Positions 55,673 to 61,291 of a stretch of 61,291 bases of DNA are shown here, one piece after another (position 1 is the first letter of the stretch; the number at the start of each line of letters is the position of its first letter). Below the pieces are notes generated by a model. The model was not told where the DNA came from and made no database searches. It was given only the letters and a program-made list of their open reading frames with translations. Made by a program: the position numbers and the translations under genes. This DNA is from a bacterium (lineage in GTDB: Bacteria; Armatimonadota; Chthonomonadetes; Chthonomonadales; JAMCWF01). The DNA is taken from NCBI GenBank assembly GCA_021842405.1, contig JAKBZR010000006.1, positions 1 to 61,291 of the forward strand, given 5' to 3'.

Positions 55673-58408
55673 TTAAAGGTTCCCCGTACGTTTATCAGGG
55701 GATGTTGAACCGGCTATACTATTTAATCGGAGAACCAGGCTATCGCGCTTTTCGGTCAGCTCCCCCACAATGCGGCGCTCTTTCTCCACTACCTCAGCCG
55801 GCGCCTTTTCCAAAAACTTCTCGTTTTTCAACTTATTTGAGGATCGCTCAAGGTCGCCCTCCACTTTAGCCAGTGCGGCCTGCAGCCGCTTCCGCTCCAC
55901 CTCATCAACAAGAACAAGAGCTTCTTCCATCAACTGAGTAGCAGTCGTAACCTTGTCGTCACTTCCATCGCTGATAATCAAGGCGATTTCACAGCCGGTG
56001 ATCGGAGAAGTAATATAACGCCCTGCCTCCGATGTCGCCCCCTCCGACAACTCGCTTAGCCTCGCCAGATACTGCACCCACCCCAGTATCAGCAGCAGGC
56101 GATCCCGCGCAGCAGATGTAGTGAACGATATAACGGCTTTCGGCCGAGCAGACGCCGGGATTCGGTGCTCGGCGCGAAGGTTCCGCACCGCTTGCGTTAC
56201 CTTTATCAAATAGTCCATCGCAGATTCAGCCTCAGCGTCAAACCGCTCCGGATTCGGCTTTGGATAGTCAGCCAGCATGATCGTCTCCCCGTGACCGGGC
56301 AACGACTGCCAGATCTCTTCGGTGAGAAACGGCATCATCGGGTGCAGCGCACGCAGTACGGTTTCCAATACTTCATATAGTGTCGAGCGTGCCGCATCGG
56401 CATCGGCGCCGTCTTTGGAGAGCCGAGGCTTTGCCATCTCCACGTACCAGTCGCAATACTCATTCCAGATAAACTGATAGATCGCGCGGGCGGCATCGTC
56501 CATATCGTAGGCGGTCAGATTGGCGTTCACCTCCCCCAACATCCGGTTCAAGCGGGAGAGAATCCAGCGGTCCGGCACGGCCAGATCCGATTTTGCCGGT
56601 TTTTGGGGCGGTTCTTCACTGAGATGTGAGATCACAAAGCGGCTCGCGTTCCAGATTTTGTTGCAGAATCCCGCCGCCAGCTTGACCCGCTCCTCACTGA
56701 AGCGGATATCCTGGTTTTTACCGGATTGCAGCATCAGCGAGAATCGCAGCGCATCAGCGCCATGCTTTTCCACCATCTCCAGCGGGTCCACCCCGTTGCC
56801 CAGCGATTTGCTCATCCGCCTGCCCTGCTCGTCCAGCACGGTGGCATGGATGTAGACATCGTGGAACGGTATTTCATTGCAGAAATAGAGGCCGGTCATA
56901 ATCATCCGGGCCACCCAGAGGTAAAGGATCTCCTGGGCGGTCGAGAGCAGATCGGTGGGGTACCAGGTTTTCATATCCAAGGTTTCTTCGGGCCAGCCCA
57001 GCACGGCTTGCGGCCAGATGGCGGACGAGAACCAGGTGTCCAGCACGTCCTGATCCTGATGAACATCGGTATCGCCCAATAGTCGCTTTGCTTCCTCCTC
57101 GCTGAAGGCAACCGTCGGCCTGCCATCGGATGAGTACCAGATCGGAATTCGCTGCCCCCACCAGAGCTGGCGGCTGATGCACCAATCCTTGATGTTCTCA
57201 AGCCATTCCACCAGCAGCCGCCCGTACCGCTCCGGATAAAACTGAATCCGCCCCTCCCGAACCGCTTGAATGGCGTGGCCGGCAAGCTCCTTCATCCTTA
57301 CAAACCACTGCTCGGAGAGAAGCGGCTCCAGAATGGTGTGGCAGCGCTCACAAAGCGCATAGGATATATCGTAATCCTCGATCGCAATCAGATTGCCGCC
57401 CGCTTCCAAATCCTTAACCACTTCTTTGCGTGCTACAAACCGGTCCAATCCCTCGTACCGCTTGCCCGCATTTTCCGCCATGCGACCGTCCTCACCGATC
57501 ACCACCACCTGCGGCAAGTGGTGCCTTAATCCGCATTCGAAATCGTTGAGGTCGTGGGCAGGGGTTACCTTTACCGCGCCGGTGCCGAATTCGGGATCCA
57601 CGAACTCATCCGCTACGATGGGAATAATGCGACCAACCAGCGGCAAGACGGCGTTGCGGCCAATCAGTGCGCGGTACCGCTCATCCTGCGGATGCACCGC
57701 AATGGCGGTATCACCCAACATCGTTTCAGGGCGGGTCGTCGCCACCGTGATTGAGCCGCTTCCATCTTCAAGATCATATCGGATCGTATAGAGTTTGCCC
57801 GGGCGGGTTTCGTGCTCCACCTCGATATCGGAGATGCCGGTCGAGCAGCGCGGGCACCAGTTGATGACGCGGGCGCCGCGGTAGATGAGTCCGCCGTCCC
57901 ACCACCTCTTAAACTCCTCCCCGATCGCCCGCAGGTACGGTTCATCCATCGTAAAGCGGGTGCGTGACCAGGCATAGGAGCAGCCCAGCTTGCGAAACTG
58001 CTCCAGGATGCGGTTTCCGTACTCCTCCCGCCACTGCCAACAAAGCTCCAAAAACTTTTCACGTCCCAGAACATGGCGGCTCAGTTTCATATTTTTCGCG
58101 ATCTCTCGCTCCACCACATTTTGGGTGGCGATGCTGGCGTGATCGGTGCCGGGAATGCAAACCGCATTTCCCCCCATCATCCGGTGCCAGCGGGTCATCG
58201 CATCGAGGATGGTATTGTTCAGTGCGTGACCGATGTGGAGGCTGCCGGTGATATTGGGCGGCGGAATGGTGATGCAGTAGGGCTTGCCGGAATGATCCGC
58301 CTTTGTCTCAAAATAGCCGCGATCCAACCAAAACGAGTACCACTTATCCTCCACAAGGGAGGGGTTGTATCCGTTGCTGCGCGATTTTGGCGACCTATCT
58401 TTCACCAT
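55673..58408 (-). CDS. valS: Valine-tRNA ligase
   Basis: It has PPPNITGSLHIGHA (HIGH), KMSKSLGN (KMSKS), a CP1 editing domain and a C-terminal coiled coil. Length is 911 aa. Confidence 0.97.
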   Translation of the reverse strand: MVKDRSPKSRSNGYNPSLVEDKWYSFWLDRGYFETKADHSGKPYCITIPPPNITGSLHIGHALNNTILDAMTRWHRMMGGNAVCIPGTDHASIATQNVVEREIAKNMKLSRHVLGREKFLELCWQWREEYGNRILEQFRKLGCSYAWSRTRFTMDEPYLRAIGEEFKRWWDGGLIYRGARVINWCPRCSTGISDIEVEHETRPGKLYTIRYDLEDGSGSITVATTRPETMLGDTAIAVHPQDERYRALIGRNAVLPLVGRIIPIVADEFVDPEFGTGAVKVTPAHDLNDFECGLRHHLPQVVVIGEDGRMAENAGKRYEGLDRFVARKEVVKDLEAGGNLIAIEDYDISYALCERCHTILEPLLSEQWFVRMKELAGHAIQAVREGRIQFYPERYGRLLVEWLENIKDWCISRQLWWGQRIPIWYSSDGRPTVAFSEEEAKRLLGDTDVHQDQDVLDTWFSSAIWPQAVLGWPEETLDMKTWYPTDLLSTAQEILYLWVARMIMTGLYFCNEIPFHDVYIHATVLDEQGRRMSKSLGNGVDPLEMVEKHGADALRFSLMLQSGKNQDIRFSEERVKLAAGFCNKIWNASRFVISHLSEEPPQKPAKSDLAVPDRWILSRLNRMLGEVNANLTAYDMDDAARAIYQFIWNEYCDWYVEMAKPRLSKDGADADAARSTLYEVLETVLRALHPMMPFLTEEIWQSLPGHGETIMLADYPKPNPERFDAEAESAMDYLIKVTQAVRNLRAEHRIPASARPKAVISFTTSAARDRLLLILGWVQYLARLSELSEGATSEAGRYITSPITGCEIALIISDGSDDKVTTATQLMEEALVLVDEVERKRLQAALAKVEGDLERSSNKLKNEKFLEKAPAEVVEKERRIVGELTEKRDSLVLRLNSIAGSTSPDKRTGNL

Positions 58409-58479
58409 ATCATCAATCTCCTAAGCTCATAGATCAGCTATCGGTCCTATATGTCCTATTTGCCATATTCATTAGTGAT

Positions 58480-58733
58480 AAAAACAAAAAAGCCCGCGTC
58501 CCCTTAAAGGACGCAGGCCGTCGGCTGCGCGGTACCACCTTTATTCCCAAATTGGGCACTCTCATGCTATAACGGGCTTACCCGGCAGCGCTTAGATCAG
58601 TCATTTCGGATCGGCGCGGCGGCTCCAGGGCGACGTTCGTGAGTCGGCTCATCAGGCAATTTCACCCATTTTGCCCTCTCTGGGACGACCGAACCCCTAC
58701 TCCTCCCTCTCGGCGCCTCTATTCAAAATTTAT
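58480..58733 (-). promoter_or_regulatory. T-box leader (tRNA-sensing riboswitch) with an intrinsic terminator, upstream of valS
   Basis: On the minus strand, Stem I elements appear in canonical order: AGUA, AGAGA, and the distal loop UGGGUGAAA. The T-box sequence AAUAAAGGUGGUACCGCGC corresponds to plus-strand 58528-58546. The terminator is GCCUGCGUCC-UUUAAGG-GGACGCGGGC followed by UUUUUUGUUUUU (plus-strand 58480-58518). A TATAAT lies at 58740-58745. Confidence 0.8.
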
Positions 58734-58840
58734 GTGGGAATTATACCCAAAAACCGGCACCGAAAACTAACGCATCGGAGGCTATTTTGCTCAAGTAACT
58801 TAAAAAAATCGGGAATCCAATTGATTTACCCATCAATTAC

Positions 58841-59557
58841 CTAATCTCTTCGCTGAAACTCCATCAGCAGTTGGAGGATCATCCAAAATAGGTTCAGCAA
58901 ATCGAGGTAGAGGCTGATAGCTCCGACGATGGTGTCGTTTGGGGTTAGCCGCCGGATGATCATAGAGGTGTCGTAAAGGATAAACCCGCTGAAGATCAAC
59001 ACGCCCAACATGGCATAGGCGGTGGCCAACATCGTGGAGTGGATAAAGAACATCGCGAAGCCCGCGACGACCAATCCAATCAGGCCGGCGAAGAGAATGC
59101 CGCCCATATAGCTGAAATCTTTGCCCGAAACGAAGGCATAGAAGGTAAGGCCGCCAAATACAGCGGCGGTGATGATTGCAGCCTGCGCCGGAACGCCGGG
59201 CGCATACTGATTGATCATCATCAAGACCGGCCCGATAATCGCGCCGTTTATCGCCGCGAAAAGGTAATACAAAGCGAAGTGGATGGGGCTCACGCCGCGC
59301 CAGAACGACAATACGAGTACCAGCACGAAATCGGCAATTCCCAACGGTATGATCAACGGCATGGCGACCGGCAGCAGCGCGGGTGTCGTGCACAGCCAGC
59401 CCACCACAATGGTGAGCAGCAACGATGCGAAAAACAGGCTATAAACTTTGCGGATAAAGTTGGCTCGAACGTCCGGGCCGGCATTTGCCACCGAGTACGC
59501 GCCCACCGGCCCATAGCCCATCGAGCCGAAGCCAAAATTTGGATTTCCAAAATTCAT
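58841..59557 (-). CDS. Bax inhibitor-1/YccA family membrane protein
   Basis: It has RANFIRKVYSLFFASLLLT at the N-terminal region, 7 TM helices, and C-terminal LYLDLLNLFWMILQLL. Confidence 0.9.
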   Translation of the reverse strand: MNFGNPNFGFGSMGYGPVGAYSVANAGPDVRANFIRKVYSLFFASLLLTIVVGWLCTTPALLPVAMPLIIPLGIADFVLVLVLSFWRGVSPIHFALYYLFAAINGAIIGPVLMMINQYAPGVPAQAAIITAAVFGGLTFYAFVSGKDFSYMGGILFAGLIGLVVAGFAMFFIHSTMLATAYAMLGVLIFSGFILYDTSMIIRRLTPNDTIVGAISLYLDLLNLFWMILQLLMEFQRRD

Positions 59558-59627
59558 GGTCTAACCCTCCTGCAAGCTAATATTATACCGGTCAACGTCT
59601 CCGATTCGCAGCACCTACTCAAACAGG

Positions 59628-59825
59628 TAATAGTTCAGTTTTGTGGGAGAAATTTTCGTTCGCCCCCACCCCAGCCCTCCCCGCAAGCGGAGAGGGAGTT
59701 TAGCGGCGGTGCTTTTATCTTGCCCCCCCAGTCCCTCTTAATCCCCTCCCCCGTTTACGGGGGAGGGTTAGGGTGGGGGTGCATCCAATATGGTCGTAAA
59801 TGATTCCCACAGAACTGAACTCATT
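59628..59825. mobile_element. MITE-A variant 1 with a perfect 10-bp target-site duplication
   Basis: CTCAAACAGG occurs at 59618-59627 and 59826-59835, immediately flanking terminal inverted repeats (TAATAGTTCAGTTTTGTGGGA... / ...TCCCACAGAACTGAACTCATT). Confidence 0.9.
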
Positions 59826-59903
59826 CTCAAACAGGAAGATCGTTTTGCTCAATTACTATACGAAGCGGAAAGCCTGTGAGTTTTGCCTGTGCTATAATTT
59901 AGC

Positions 59904-61184
59904 GTGGATGGTTACGAGGATCAGGGTGCTTTTTCTCCCCGCAATCGAATAGGTCTCTCCGGCTACTACTTTTTCACCTGGGCGGCGGTGGGATTTGTAA
60001 CGCCATTTTTACCCCTGTACTGGCGTGCCACCGGTTACGATTACCAGACGATCGGCGAGCTGATCGCGCTGGCCTCGGTGGGCGGTGTGGCTATATTAAT
60101 TCCGGTCGGCATCCTGTCCGATCGCTTTAGAACCCGAAAACCGCTGATCGCGGCCGGCTCACTAACGGTCGCCGCCTGCTTTCTCTTCTATCCTTCCGTG
60201 CGGGACCCCCGCATTTTCGCCGCCTTGCAGACCTTGATGGGGATCGGTTTTACATCCAGCGTCGCCATTACCAGCGCGTTGGGCGCCGATGTATTCCGGC
60301 GCAGGGCGGCTGGCCGCTCCTTCGCTCAGGTTCGCAGCTTCGGCACCGTTGGCTTCATCTCCACTATGGTCATCACCTTCATCACACCCAAGCTGACCGC
60401 CGGGGGCCACTTCTTCCCGCTCATCTCGTTGCTGCATATACTGGCCGTGATTTCGGTTTTGATGGTCAAGCCACCCCGATGGGAATCGACCGCGAACGGC
60501 TTTTCACTGCGGGAAGCAACATCACTGTTATCCAATTTAAATCTGGTCGCGATGATCGGCGCAACCTTTCTCTTCTCAGCCGCCTTAACCACCGCTACCC
60601 ACAACCTGAGCTTACTGCTGCATCACCTTAAGGCGCCGGCTCGATTGGTGCCGATGTGCTATGCCACCAGCGCGATCATCGAGATTCCTTTTATGCTGGC
60701 GGTCGGCGGCTTCAGCGATCGGGTGGGCCGGCGCTTGCCGCTGCTGGTCGCCTTCCTGGTGTTGCCGGTGCGCCTCCTTCTTTACAGCTTAATCCGAAAT
60801 CCATTCTGGGTACTTGGTCTGCAGTTGACACACGGCCTCACCTTCAGCATTATGGCGGTGGTTCCCTTTGCGTTTGTCAACGACTGCACCACTCCAAAGC
60901 AGCGCGCAACCGGTCAATCAATTTTAAATACCGCAAGCGCTTTAGCGGCGGCGGCCGGTCCCGCGGGAACGCCGCAGCAGCCGGTTACGGTCGGTAACGG
61001 GCAGGTCAAGGTCGGTCTGGTTCTGCCGCTGTCGGCGTCGGGCAATGCGGGCGTCGCGGCGCAATCGATGAAGAATGCCGCCGAGATGGCGCTCTCGGAA
61101 TTCCTGAACCCCAATCTCCAGCTTTTGATCCCTCCGTCCAGCCAGCTCAGCGCTTGCTGGTTCAGGTCGGCCAAACCCGTGTAG
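59904..61184 (+). CDS. MFS transporter whose 3' end is replaced: the N-terminal ~350 aa are MFS-like, and the last ~75 aa come from unrelated sequence
   Basis: It has a GTG start and about 10-11 TM helices up to ..QRATGQSILNTASALAAAAGP. The reading frame then runs into a binding-protein-like fragment and non-coding antisense of a transposase fragment. Confidence 0.65.
   Translation: MDGYEDQGAFSPRNRIGLSGYYFFTWAAVGFVTPFLPLYWRATGYDYQTIGELIALASVGGVAILIPVGILSDRFRTRKPLIAAGSLTVAACFLFYPSVRDPRIFAALQTLMGIGFTSSVAITSALGADVFRRRAAGRSFAQVRSFGTVGFISTMVITFITPKLTAGGHFFPLISLLHILAVISVLMVKPPRWESTANGFSLREATSLLSNLNLVAMIGATFLFSAALTTATHNLSLLLHHLKAPARLVPMCYATSAIIEIPFMLAVGGFSDRVGRRLPLLVAFLVLPVRLLLYSLIRNPFWVLGLQLTHGLTFSIMAVVPFAFVNDCTTPKQRATGQSILNTASALAAAAGPAGTPQQPVTVGNGQVKVGLVLPLSASGNAGVAAQSMKNAAEMALSEFLNPNLQLLIPPSSQLSACWFRSAKPV
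60965..61137 (+). pseudogene. Fragment resembling the N-terminus of a type-1 periplasmic substrate-binding protein (Leu/Ile/Val-binding-like)
   Basis: VKVGLVLPLSASGNAGVAAQSMKNAAEMALSEFLNPNLQLLI resembles the mature N-terminus of alphaproteobacterial LivK-like lipoproteins (recognised from memory). It is truncated at both ends. Confidence 0.4.
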
Positions 61185-61291
61185 CTGAGGCCGGGCCAGA
61201 AGTTGATGCGTACGTAATGCACGCCCGCTTCAACCTTGCCCTTGGTCTGCGCCCGGTAAGGCTGGCACGCCCGCGGCGTGAAGCCGTAATA
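61141..61291 (-). mobile_element. IS21-family transposase (IstA) internal fragment, cut by the window edge and by an internal junction
   Basis: The minus-strand translation is YYGFTPRACQPYRAQTKGKVEAGVHYVRINFWPG..LADLNQQALSWLDG. It contains the RPYR.QTKGKVE catalytic-E signature of IstA. Confidence 0.75.

Noticed and set aside
59039-59803. Long ORFs antisense to well-supported genes: 59039..59803, 52671..53351, 35813..36472, 37460..38029, 27421..27999, 26203..26736, 8293..8844, 44542..45072, 48637..49158, 40393..40872, 42617..43111.
   Set aside because: In each case the opposite strand encodes a protein with unmistakable family motifs (BI-1, SdhA, PpdK, MtlD-like, SIS, QueA, GT2, permease, GlmU, Def). 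The antisense products are Arg/Gly/Pro/His-rich with no motifs, as expected for open antisense frames in GC-rich coding DNA.
1-61291. A search for tRNA, rRNA, tmRNA, RNase P and SRP RNA genes.
   Set aside because: No T-loop-like GGTTCGAAT/GGTTCGAGT contexts occur in intergenic DNA, and I saw no conserved cores of the other RNAs. This absence is based on visual scanning only.

Overview
This 61.3-kb chromosomal window comes from a diderm bacterium. By eye it is moderately GC-rich. The lineage cannot be fixed from sequence alone; a DUF1559/H-X9-DG protein, three Uma2 endonucleases and a giant C-terminal-Phe outer-membrane protein hint weakly at an Armatimonadota/Planctomycetota-like, poorly sampled group. 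About 55 protein-coding genes are supported, and most are housekeeping. They include moaA, queA, aconitase, nuoB-nuoI, nagA, cdd, mutS2, ppdK, glmU-prs-pth, def, surE, an IscA-type protein, a three-gene succinate dehydrogenase operon and valS preceded by a T-box leader. I found no rRNA, tRNA, CRISPR array, intact transposase, integrase or phage genes. The non-housekeeping content has eight parts. (1) Two families of about 200-bp MITE-like intergenic elements: MITE-A has at least nine copies or fragments, one with a perfect 10-bp target-site duplication. MITE-B has three copies, all just 3' of minus-strand genes. (2) Gene decay next to these elements: a beta-propeller gene remnant and a frameshifted paralog of a 669-aa membrane protein. 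(3) A translationally coupled M20 peptidase - DUF3866 - NUDIX triad inside an amino-sugar/nucleoside cluster. (4) A 1175-aa outer-membrane protein behind an orphan zf-HC2 anti-sigma factor. (5) An isolated nuoB-nuoI unit with its own palindrome, terminator and flanking 13-mer repeats. (6) A rubredoxin-like zinc ribbon fused to a NirDL/AhbAB-type protein. (7) Tandem Uma2 genes with a gene-conversion tract. (8) A chimeric-looking 3' window end joining an MFS gene, a binding-protein fragment and an IS21 transposase fragment. No single complete, clearly novel multi-gene system can be proven from sequence alone. The MITE-A family, the M20-DUF3866-NUDIX triad and the anti-sigma/giant-OMP pair are the best candidates. 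All family assignments rest on motif recognition by eye, not on database searches.
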